Shown here: in pieces, positions 51,007 through 63,000 of the stretch
Layout: every line of letters starts with the position of its first letter
Numbering within the stretch: the first letter of the stretch is position 1
Assembly (NCBI RefSeq): GCF_009914755.1
Contig: NC_060938.1
DNA length: 64,000 nt
From: the human T2T-CHM13v2.0 reference genome, Homo sapiens
Direction: 5' to 3' (one strand)
Position numbers and translations under genes: made by a program
The notes under the pieces: model-generated
Databases searched by the model: none
Told to the model about the DNA's origin: nothing
Seen by the model: the letters and a program-made list of their open reading frames with translations, nothing else

Positions 51007-54000
51007 AGGCCTGAAGAACAGAGGTCGCTGCATTTAGAAAGGAGGCGGGGTCAGAGGAATAGAAAGGGATAGGGCTGAAGAACACAGGTCGCTGCATTTA
51101 GAAAGGAGGCGGGGTCAGAGGAATAGAAAGGGACAGGGCTGAAGAACAGAGGTCGCTGCATTTAGAAAGGAGGCGGGGTAAGAGGAATAGAAAGGGATAG
51201 GGCTGAAGAACAGAGGTCGCTGCATTTAGAAAGGAGGCAGGGTCAGAGGAATAGAAAGGGACAGGGCTGAAGAACACAGGTCGCTGCATTTAGAAAGGAG
51301 GCGGGGTCAGAGGAATAGAAAGGGATAGGGCTGAAGAACAGACGTCGCTGCATTTAGAAAGGAGGCGGGGTCAGAGGAATAGAAAGGGATAGGGCTGAAG
51401 AACACAGGTCGCTGCATTTAGAAAGGAGGCGGGGTCAGAGGAGTAGAAAGGGATAGGGCTGAAGAACAGAGGTCGCTGCATTTAGAAAGGAGGCGGGGTC
51501 AGAGGAATAGAAAGGGATAGGGTTGAAGAACACAGGTCGCTGCATTTAGAAAGGAGGCGGGGTCAGAGGAATAGAAAGGGATAGGGCTGAAGAACACAGG
51601 TCGCTGCATTTAGAAAGGAGGCGGGGTCAGAGGAATAGAAAGGGATAGGGATGAAGAACACAGGTCGCTGCATTTAGAAAGGAGGCGGGGTCAGAGGAAT
51701 AGAAAGGGACAGGGCTGAAGAACAGAGGTCGCTGCATTTAGAAAGGAGGCGGGGTCAGAGGAATAGAAAGGGATAGGGCTGAAGAACAGAGGTCGCTGCA
51801 TTTAGAAAGGAGGCGGGGTCAGAGGAATAGAAAGGGACAGGGCTGAAGAACAGAGGTCGCTGCATTTAGAAAGGAGGCGGGGTCAGAGGAATAGAAAGGG
51901 ATAGGGCTGAAGAACACAGGTCGCTGCATTTAGAAAGGAGGCGGGGTCAGAGGAATAGAAAGGGATAGGGCTGAAGAACACAGGTCGCTGCATTTAGAAA
52001 GGAGGCGTGGTCAGAGGAATAGAAAGGGATAGGGCTGAAGAACACAGGTCGCTGCATTTAGAAAGGAGGCGGGGTCAGACGAATAGAAAGGGATAGGGCT
52101 GAAGAACACAGGTCGCTGCATTTGGAAAGGAGGCGGGGTCAGAGGAATAGAAAGGGATAGGGCTGAAGAACAGAGGTCGCTGCATTTAGAAAGGAGGCGG
52201 GGTCAGAGGAATAGAAAGGGATAGGGCTGAAGAACACAGGTCGCTGCATTTAGAAAGGAGGCGGGGTCAGAGGAATAGAAAGGGATAGGCCTGAAGAACA
52301 GAGGTCGCTGCATTTAGAAAGGAGGCGGGGTCAGAGGAATAGAAAGGGATATGGCTAAAGAACAGAGGTCGCTGCATTTAGAAAGGAGGCGGGGTCAGAG
52401 GAATAGAAAGGGAAAGGACTGAAGAACACAGGTCGCTGCATTTAGAAAGGAGGCGGGGTCAGAGGAATAGAAAGGGATAGGGCTGAAGAACACAGGTCGC
52501 TGTATTTAGAAAGGAGGCGGGGTCAGAGGAATAGAAAGGGACAGGGCTGAAGAACAGAGGTCGCTGCATTTAGAAAGGAGGCGGGGTCAGAGGAATAGAA
52601 AGGGATAGGCCTGAAGAACACAGGTCGCTGCATTTAGAAAGGAGGCGGGGTCAGAGGAATAGAAAGGGACAGGGCTGAAGAACACAGGTCGCTGCATTTA
52701 GAAAGGAGGCGGGGTCAGAGGAATAGAAAGGGATAGGGCTGAAGAACAGAGGTCGCTGCATTTAGAAAGGAGGCGGGGTCAGAGGAATAGAAAGGGATAG
52801 GGCTGAAGAACACAGGTCGCTGCATTTAGAAAGGAGGCGGGGTCAGAGGAATAGAAAGGGATAGGGCTGAAGAACACAGGTCGCTGCATTTAGAAAGGAG
52901 GCGGGGTCAGAGGAATAGAAAGGGATAGGCCTGAAGAACACAGGTCGCTGCATTTAGAAAGGAGGCGGGGTCAGAGGAATAGAAAGGGACAGGACTGAAG
53001 AACACACGTCGCTGCATTTAGAAAGGAGGCGGGGTCAGAGGAATAGAAAGGGATAGGGCTGATGAACACAGGTCGCTGCATTTAGAAAGGAGGCGGGGTC
53101 AGAGGAATAGAAAGGGATAGGGCTGAACAACACAGGTCGCTGCATTTAGAAAGGAGGCGGGGTCAGAGGAATAGAAAGGGATAGGCCTGAAGAACAGAGG
53201 TCGCTGCATTTAGAAAGGAGGCGGGGTCAGAGGAATAGAAAGGGATAGGGCTGAAGAACACAGGTCGCTGCATTTGGAAAGGAGGCGGGGTCAGAGGAAT
53301 AGAAAGGGATAGGGCTGAAGAACACAGGTCGCTGCATTTAGAAAGGAGGCGGGGTCAGAGGAATAGAAAGGGATAGGCCTGAAGAACAGAGGTCGCTGCA
53401 TTTAGAAAGGAGGCGGGGTCAGAGGAATAGAAAGGGATATGGCTGAAGAACAGAGGTCGCTGCATTTAGAAAGGAGGCGGGGTCAGAGGAATAGAAAGGG
53501 ACAGGACTGAAGAACACAGGTCGCTGCATTTAGAAAGGAGGCGGGGTCAGAGGAATAGAAAGGAATAGGACTGAAGAACAGAGGTCGCTGCGTTTAGAAA
53601 GGAGGCGGGGTCAGAGGAATAGAAAGGGATAGGGCTGAAGAACAGAGGTCGCTGCATTTAGAAAGGAGGCGGGGTCAGAGGAATAGAAAGGGACAGGGCT
53701 GAAGAACACAGGTCGCTGCATTTAGAAAGGAGGCGGGGTCAGAGGAATAGAAAGGGATAGGGCTGAAGAACAGAGGTCGCTGCATTTAGAAAGGAGGCGG
53801 GGTCAGAGGAATAGAAAGGGATAGGGGTGAAGAACACAGGTCGCTGCATTTAGAAAGGAGGCGGGGTCAGAGGAATAGAAAGGGACAGGGCTGAAGAACA
53901 CAGGTCGCTGCATTTAGAAAGGAGGCGGGGTCAGAGGAATAGAAAGGGACAGGACTGAAGAACAGAGGTCGCTGCATTTAGAAAGGAGGCGGTGTCAGAG

Positions 54001-57000
54001 GAATAGAAAGGGATAGGCCTGAAGAACACAGGTCGCTGCATTTAGAAAGGAGGCGGGGTCAGAGGAATAGAAAGGGATAGGGCTGAAGAACACAGGTCGC
54101 TGCATTTAGAAAGGAGGCAGGGTCAGAGGAATAGAAAGGGATAGGGCTGAAGAACACAGGTCGCTGCATTTAGAAAGGAGGCGGGGTCACAGGAATAGAA
54201 AGGGATAGGGCTGAAGAACACAGGTCGCTGCATTTAGAAAGGAGGCGGGGTCAGAGGAATAGAAAGGGATAGGGCTGAAGAACAGAGGTCGCTGCATTTA
54301 GAAAGGAGGCGGGGTCAGAGGAATAGAAAGGGATAGGCCTGAAGAACACAGGTCGCTGCATTTAGAAAGGAGGCGGGGTCAGAGGAATAGAAAGGGATAG
54401 GGCTGAAGAACACAGGTCGCTGCATTTAGAAAGGAGGCGGGGTCAGAGGAATAGAAAGGGATAGGGCTGAAGAACACAGGTCGCTGCATTTAGAAAGGAG
54501 GCGGGGTCAGAGGAATAGAAAGGGACAGGGCTGAAGAACAGAGGTCGCTGCATTTAGAAAGGAGGCGGGGTAAGAGGAATAGAAAGGGATAGGGCTGAAG
54601 AACAGAGGTCGCTGCATTTAGAAAGGAGGCAGGGTCAGAGGAATAGAAAGGGACAGGGCTGAAGAACACAGGTCGCTGCATTTAGAAAGGAGGCGGGGTC
54701 AGAGGAATAGAAAGGGATAGGGCTGAAGAACAGACGTCGCTGCATTTAGAAAGGAGGCGGGGTCAGAGGAATAGAAAGGGATAGGGCTGAAGAACACAGG
54801 TCGCTGCATTTAGAAAGGAGGCGGGGTCAGAGGAGTAGAAAGGGATAGGGCTGAAGAACAGAGGTCGCTGCATTTAGAAAGGAGGCGGGGTCAGAGGAAT
54901 AGAAAGGGATAGGGTTGAAGAACACAGGTCGCTGCATTTAGAAAGGAGGCGGGGTCAGAGGAATAGAAAGGGATAGGGCTGAAGAACACAGGTCGCTGCA
55001 TTTAGAAAGGAGGCGGGGTCAGAGGAATAGAAAGGGACAGGGCTGAAGAACAGAGGTCGCTGCATTTAGAAAGGAGGCGGGGTCAGAGGAATAGAAAGGG
55101 ACAGGGCTGAAGAACAGAGGTCGCTGCATTTAGAAAGGAGGCGGGGTCAGAGGAATAGAAAGGGATAGGGCTGAAGAACACAGGTCGCTGCATTTAGAAA
55201 GGAGGCGGGGTCAGAGGAATAGAAAGGGATAGGGCTGAAGAACACAGGTCGCTGCATTTAGAAAGGAGGCGTGGTCAGAGGAATAGAAAGGGATAGGGCT
55301 GAAGAACACAGGTCGCTGCATTTAGAAAGGAGGCGGGGTCAGAAGAATAGAAAGGGATAGGGCTGAAGAACACAGGTCGCTGCATTTGGAAAGGAGGCGG
55401 GGTCAGAGGAATAGAAAGGGATAGGGCTGAAGAACAGAGGTCGCTGCATTTAGAAAGGAGGCGGGGTCAGAGGAATAGAAAGGGATAGGGCTGAAGAACA
55501 CAGGTCGCTGCATTTAGAAAGGAGGCGGGGTCAGAGGAATAGAAAGGGATAGGCCTGAAGAACAGAGGTCGCTGCATTTAGAAAGGAGGCGGGGTCAGAG
55601 GAATAGAAAGGGATATGGCTAAAGAACAGAGGTCGCTGCATTTAGAAAGGAGGCGGGGTCAGAGGAATAGAAAGGGAAAGGACTGAAGAACACAGGTCGC
55701 TGCATTTAGAAAGGAGGCGGGGTCAGAGGAATAGAAAGGGATAGGGCTGAAGAACACAGGTCGCTGTATTTAGAAAGGAGGCGGGGTCAGAGGAATAGAA
55801 AGGGACAGGGCTGAAGAACAGAGGTCGCTGCATTTAGAAAGGAGGCGGGGTCAGAGGAATAGAAAGGGATAGGCCTGAAGAACACAGGTCGCTGCATTTA
55901 GAAAGGAGGCGGGGTCAGAGGAATAGAAAGGGACAGGGCTGAAGAACACAGGTCGCTGCATTTAGAAAGGAGGCGGGGTCAGAGGAATAGAAAGGGATAG
56001 GGCTGAAGAACAGAGGTCGCTGCATTTAGAAAGGAGGCGGGGTCAGAGGAATAGAAAGGGATAGGGCTGAAGAACACAGGTCGCTGCATTTAGAAAGGAG
56101 GCGGGGTCAGAGGAATAGAAAGGGATAGGGCTGAAGAACACAGGTCGCTGCATTTAGAAAGGAGGCGGGGTCAGAGGAATAGAAAGGGATAGGCCTGAAG
56201 AACACAGGTCGCTGCATTTAGAAAGGAGGCGGGGTCAGAGGAATAGAAAGGGACAGGACTGAAGAACACAGGTCGCTGCATTTAGAAAGGAGGCGGGGTC
56301 AGAGGAATAGAAAGGGATAGGGCTGATGAACACAGGTCGCTGCATTTAGAAAGGAGGCGGGGTCAGAGGAATAGAAAGGGATAGGGCTGAACAACACAGG
56401 TCGCTGCATTTAGAAAGGAGGCGGGGTCAGAGGAATAGAAAGGGATAGGCCTGAAGAACAGAGGTCGCTGCATTTAGAAAGGAGGCGGGGTCAGAGGAAT
56501 AGAAAGGGATAGGGCTGAAGAACACAGGTCGCTGCATTTGGAAAGGAGGCGGGGTCAGAGGAATAGAAAGGGATAGGGCTGAAGAACACAGGTCGCTGCA
56601 TTTAGAAAGGAGGCGGGGTCAGAGGAATAGAAAGGGATAGGCCTGAAGAACAGAGGTCGCTGCATTTAGAAAGGAGGCGGGGTCAGAGGAATAGAAAGGG
56701 ATATGGCTGAAGAACAGAGGTCGCTGCATTTAGAAAGGAGGCGGGGTCAGAGGAATAGAAAGGGACAGGACTGAAGAACACAGGTCGCTGCATTTAGAAA
56801 GGAGGCGGGGTCAGAGGAATAGAAAGGAATAGGACTGAAGAACAGAGGTCGCTGCGTTTAGAAAGGAGGCGGGGTCAGAGGAATAGAAAGGGATAGGGCT
56901 GAAGAACAGAGGTCGCTGCATTTAGAAAGGAGGCGGGGTCAGAGGAATAGAAAGGGACAGGGCTGAAGAACACAGGTCGCTGCATTTAGAAAGGAGGCGG

Positions 57001-60000
57001 GGTCAGAGGAATAGAAAGGGATAGGGCTGAAGAACAGAGGTCGCTGCATTTAGAAAGGAGGCGGGGTCAGAGGAATAGAAAGGGATAGGGGTGAAGAACA
57101 CAGGTCGCTGCATTTAGAAAGGAGGCGGGGTCAGAGGAATAGAAAGGGACAGGGCTGAAGAACACAGGTCGCTGCATTTAGAAAGGAGGCGGGGTCAGAG
57201 GAATAGAAAGGGACAGGACTGAAGAACAGAGGTCGCTGCATTTAGAAAGGAGGCGGTGTCAGAGGAATAGAAAGGGATAGGCCTGAAGAACACAGGTCGC
57301 TGCATTTAGAAAGGAGGCGGGGTCAGAGGAATAGAAAGGGATAGGGCTGAAGAACACAGGTCGCTGCATTTAGAAAGGAGGCAGGGTCAGAGGAATAGAA
57401 AGGGATAGGGCTGAAGAACACAGGTCGCTGCATTTAGAAAGGAGGCGGGGTCACAGGAATAGAAAGGGATAGGGCTGAAGAACACAGGTCGCTGCATTTA
57501 GAAAGGAGGCGGGGTCAGAGGAATAGAAAGGGATAGGGCTGAAGAACAGAGGTCGCTGCATTTAGAAAGGAGGCGGGGTCAGAGGAATAGAAAGGGATAG
57601 GCCTGAAGAACACAGGTCGCTGCATTTAGAAAGGAGGCGGGGTCAGAGGAATAGAAAGGGATAGGGCTGAAGAACACAGGTCGCTGCATTTAGAAAGGAG
57701 GCGGGGTCAGAGGAATAGAAAGGGATAGGGCTGAAGAACACAGGTCGCTGCATTTAGAAAGGAGGCGGGGTCAGAGGAATAGAAAGGGATAGGGCTGAAG
57801 AACACAGGTCGCTGCATTTAGAAAGGAGGCGGGGTCACAGGAATAGAAAGGGATAGGGCTGAAGAACACAGGTCGCTGCATTTAGAAAGGAGGCGGGGTC
57901 AGAGGAATAGAAAGGGATAGGGCTGAAGAACAGAGGTCGCTGCATTTAGAAAGGAGGCGGGGTCAGAGGAATAGAAAGGGATAGGGCTGAAGAACACAGG
58001 TCGCTGCATTTAGAAAGGAGGCGGGGTCAGAGGAATAGAAAGGGATAGGGGTGAAGAACACAGGTCGCTGCATTTAGAAAGGAGGCGGGGTCAGAGGAAT
58101 AGAAAGGGACAGGGCTGAAGAACACAGGTCGCTGCATTTAGAAAGGAGGCGGGGTCAGAGGAATAGAAAGGGACAGGACTGAAGAACAGAGGTCGCTGCA
58201 TTTAGAAAGGAGGCGGTGTCAGAGGAATAGAAACGGATAGGCCTGAAGAACAGAGGTCGCTGCATTTAGAAAGGAGGCGGGGTCAGAGGAATAGAAAGGG
58301 ATAGGGCTGAAGAACACAGGTCGCTGCATTTAGAAAGGAGGCGGGGTCAGAGGAATAGAAAGGGATAGGGCTGAAGAACACAGGTCGCTGCATTTAGAAA
58401 GGAGGCGGGGTCACAGGAATAGAAAGGGATAGGGCTGAAGAACACAGGTCGCTGCATTTAGAAAGGAGGCGGGGTCAGAGGAATAGAAAGGGATAGGGCT
58501 GAAGAACAGAGGTCGCTGCATTTAGGAAGGAGGCGGGGTCAGAGGAATAGAAAGGGATAGGCCTGAAGAACACAGGTCGCTGCATTTAGAAAGGAGGCGG
58601 GGTCAGAGGAATAGAAAGGGATAGGGCTGAAGAACACAGGTCGCTGCATTTAGAAAGGAGGCGGGGTCAGAGGAATAGAAAGGGACAGGGCTGAAGAACA
58701 GAGGTCGCTGCATTTAGAAAGGAGGCGGGGTCAGAGGAATAGAAAGGGACAGGGCTGAAGAACAGAGGTCGCTGCATTTAGAAAGGAGGCGGGGTCAGAG
58801 GAATAGAAAGGGATAGGGATGAAGAACAGAGGTCGCTGCATTTAGAACGGAGGCGGGGTCAGAGGAATAGAAAGGGATAGGGCTGAAGAACACAGGTCGC
58901 TGCATTTAGAAAGGAGGCGGGGTCAGAGGAATAGAAAGGGATAGGGCTGAAGAACACAGGTCGCTGCATTTAGAAAGGAGGCGGGGTCAGAGGAATAGAA
59001 AGGGATAGGGCTGAAGAACACAGGTCGTTGCATTTAGAAAGGAGGCGGGGTCAGAAGAATAGAAAGGGATAGGGCTGAAGAACACAGGTCGCTGCATTTG
59101 GAAAGGAGGCGTGGTCAGAGGAATAGAAAGGGATAGGGCTGAAGAACAGAGGTCGCTGCATTTAGAAAGGAGGCGGGGTCAGAGGAATAGAAAGGGATAG
59201 GGCTGAAGAACACAGGTCGCTGCATTTAGAAAGGAGGCGGGGTCAGAGGAATAGAAAGGGATAGGCCTGAAGAACAGAGGTCGCTGCATTTAGAAAGGAG
59301 GTGGGGTCAGAGGAATAGAAAGGGATATGGCTAAAGAACAGAGGTCGCTGCATTTAGAAAGGAGGCGGGGTCAGAGGAATAGAAAGGGAAAGGACTGAAG
59401 AACACAGGTCGCTGCATTTAGAAAGGAGGCGGGGTCAGAGGAATAGAAAGGGATAGGGCTGAAGAACACAGGTCGCTGCATTTAGAAAGGAGGCGGGGTC
59501 AGAGGAATAGAAAGGGACAGGGCTGAAGAACAGAGGTCGCTGCATTTAGAAAGGAGGCGGGGTAAGAGGAATAGAAAGGGATAGGCCTGAAGAACACAGG
59601 TCGCTGCATTTAGAAAGGAGGCGGGGTCAGAGGAATAGAAAGGGACAGGGCTGAAGATCACAGGTCGCTGCATTTAGAAAGGAGGCGGGGTCAGAGGAAT
59701 AGAAAGGGATAGGGCTGAAGAACAGAGGTCGCTGCATTTAGAAAGGAGGCGGGGTCAGAGGAATAGAAAGGGATAGGGCTGAAGAACACAGGTCGCTGCA
59801 TTTAGAAAGGAGGCGGGGTCAGAGGAATAGAAAGGGATAGGGCTGAAGAACACAGGTCGCTGCATTTAGAAAGGAGGCGGGGTCAGAGGAATAGAAAGGG
59901 ACAGGCCTGAAGAACACAGGTCGCTGCATTTAGAAAGGAGGCGTGGTCAGAGGAATAGAAAGGGACAGGCCTGAAGAACAGAGGTCGCTGCATTTAGAAA

Positions 60001-63000
60001 GGAGGCGGGGTCAGAGGAATAGAAAGGGACAGGGCTGAAGAACACAGGTCGCTGCATTTAGAAAGGAGGCGGGGTCAGAGGAATAGAAAGGGATAGGACT
60101 GAAGAACACAGGTCGCTGCATTTAGAAGGGAGGCGGGGTCAGAGGAATAGAAAGGGATAGGACTGAAGAACACAGGTCGCTGCATTTAGAAAGGAGGCGG
60201 GGTCAGAGGAATAGAAAGGGATAGGGCTGAAGAACGCAGGTCGCTGCATTTAGAAAGGAGGCGGGGTCAGAGGAATAGAAAGGGACAGGACTGCAGAACA
60301 CAGGTCGCTGCATTTAGAAAGGAGGCGGGGTCAGAGGAATAGAAAGGGATAGGGCTGAAGAACACAGGTCGCTGCATTTAGAAAGGAGGCGGGGTCAGAG
60401 GAATAGAAAGGGACAGGACTGCAGAACACAGGTCGCTGCATTTAGAAAGGAGGCGGTGTCAGAGGAATAGAAAGGGATAGGGCTGAAGAACACAGGTCGC
60501 TGCATTTAGAAAGGAGGCGGGGTCAGAGGAATAGAAAGGGATAGGGCTGAAGAACACAGGTCGCTGCATTTAGAAAGGAGGCGGGGTCAGAGGAATAGAA
60601 AGGGATAGGCCTGAAGAACAGAGGTCGCTGCATTTAGAAAGGAGGCGGGGTCAGAGGAATAGAAAGGGATAGGGCTGAAGAACACAGGTCGCTGCATTTG
60701 GAAAGGAGGCGGGGTCAGAGGAATAGAAAGGGATAGGGCTGAAGAACACAGGTCGCTGCATTTAGAAAGGAGGCGGGGTCAGAGGAATAGAAAGGGATAG
60801 GCCTGAAGAACAGAGGTCGCTGCATTTAGAAAGGAGGCGGGGTCAGAGGAATAGAAAGGGATATGGCTGAAGAACAGAGGTCGCTGCATTTAGAAAGGAG
60901 GCGGGGTCAGAGGAATAGAAAGGGACAGGACTGAAGAACACAGGTCGCTGCATTTAGAAAGGAGGCGGGGTCAGAGGAATAGAAAGGGATAGGACTGAAG
61001 AACAGAGGTCGCTGCGTTTAGAAAGGAGGCGGGGTCAGAGGAATAGAAAGGGATAGGGCTGAAGAACAGAGGTCGCTGCATTTAGAAGGAGGCGGGGTCA
61101 GAGGAATAGAAAGGGACAGGGCTGAAGAACACAGGTCGCTGCATTTAGAAAGGAGGCGGGGTCAGAGGAATAGAAAGGGACTGGGCTGAAGAACACAGGT
61201 CGCTGCATTTAGAAAGGAGGCGGGGTCAGAGGAATAGAAAGGGACAGGGCTGAAGAACACAGGTCGCTGCATTTAGAAAGGAGGCGGGGTCAGAGGAATA
61301 GAAAGGGATAGGGCTGAAGAACAGAGGTCGCTGCATTTAGAAAGGAGGCGGGGTCAGAGGAATAGAAAGGGACAGGGCTGAAGAACAGAGGTCGCTGCAT
61401 TTAGAAAGGAGGCGGGGTCAGAGGAATAGAAAGGGACAGGGCTGAAGAACAGAGGTCGCTGCATTTAGAAAGGAGGCGGGGTCAGAGGAATAGAAAGGGA
61501 TAGGGATGAAGAACAGAGGTCGCTGCATTTAGAAAGGAGGCGGGGTCAGAGGAATAGAAAGGGATAGGGCTGAAGAACACAGGTCGCTGCATTTAGAAAG
61601 GAGGCGGGGTCAGAGGAATAGAAAGGGATAGGGCTGAAGAACACAGGTCGCTGCATTTAGAAAGGAGGCGGGGTCAGAGGAATAGAAAGGGATAGGGCTG
61701 AAGAACACAGGTCGTTGCATTTAGAAAGGAGGCGGGGTCAGAAGAATAGAAAGGGATAGGGCTGAAGAACACAGGTCGCTGCATTTGGAAAGGAGGCGGG
61801 GTCAGAGGAATAGAAAGGGATAGGGCTGAAGAACAGAGGTCGCTGCATTTAGAAAGGAGGCGGGGTCAGAGGAATAGAAAGGGATAGGGCTGAAGAACAC
61901 AGGTCGCTGCATTTAGAAAGGAGGCGGGGTCAGAGGAATAGAAAGGGATAGGCCTGAAGAACAGAGGTCGCTGCATTTAGAAAGGAGGCGGGGTCAGAGG
62001 AATAGAAAGGGATATGGCTAAAGAACAGAGGTCGCTGCATTTAGAAAGGAGGCGGGGTCAGAGGAATAGAAAGGGAAAGGACTGAAGAACACAGGTCGCT
62101 GCATTTAGAAAGGAGGCGGGGTCAGAGGAATAGAAAGGGATAGGGCTGAAGAACACAGGTCGCTGCATTTAGAAAGGAGGCGGGGTCAGAGGAATAGAAA
62201 GGGACAGGGCTGAAGAACAGAGGTCGCTGCATTTAGAAAGGAGGCGGGGTCAGAGGAATAGAAAGGGATAGGCCTGAAGAACACAGGTCGCTGCATTTAG
62301 AAAGGAGGCGGGGTCAGAGGAATAGAAAGGGACAGGGCTGAAGATCACAGGTCGCTGCATTTAGAAAGGAGGCGGGGTCAGAGGAATAGAAAGGGATAGG
62401 GCTGAAGAACAGAGGTCGCTGCATTTAGAAAGGAGGCGGGGCCAGAGGAATAGAAAGGGATAGGGCTGAAGAACACAGGTCGCTGCATTTAGAAAGGAGG
62501 CGGGGTCAGAGGAATAGAAAGGGATAGGGCTGAAGAACACAGGTCGCTGCATTTAGAAAGGAGGCGGGGTCAGAGGAATAGAAAGGGACAGGCCTGAAGA
62601 ACACAGGTCGCTGCATTTAGAAAGGAGGCGTGGTCAGAGGAATAAAAAGGGACAGGCCTGAAGAACAGAGGTCGCTGCATTTAGAAAGGAGGCGGGGTCA
62701 GAGGAATAGAAAGGGACAGGGCTGAAGAACACAGGTCGCTGCATTTAGAAAGGAGGCGGGGTCAGAGGAATAGAAAGGGATAGGACTGAAGAACACAGGT
62801 CGCTGCATTTAGAAAGGAGGCGGGGTCAGAGGAATAGAAAGGGATAGGACTGAAGAACACAGGTCGCTGCATTTAGAAAGGAGGCGGGGTCAGAGGAATA
62901 GAAAGGGATAGGGCTGAAGAACGCAGGTCGCTGCATTTAGAAAGGAGGCGGGGTCAGAGGAATAGAAAGGGACAGGACTGCAGAACACAGGTCGCTGCAT

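Noticed and set aside
8987-62552. Fourteen 63-aa minus-strand ORFs (MQRPVFFSP...)
   Set aside because: Each spans exactly three monomers (192 nt) and appears only where a point variant in GGGGTCAGA (GTAAGA, GTGAGA, GTCTGA, GCCAGA) removes the minus-strand TGA. The peptide is low-complexity, has no recognisable domain and has no gene context. The ORFs are useful only as duplication markers.
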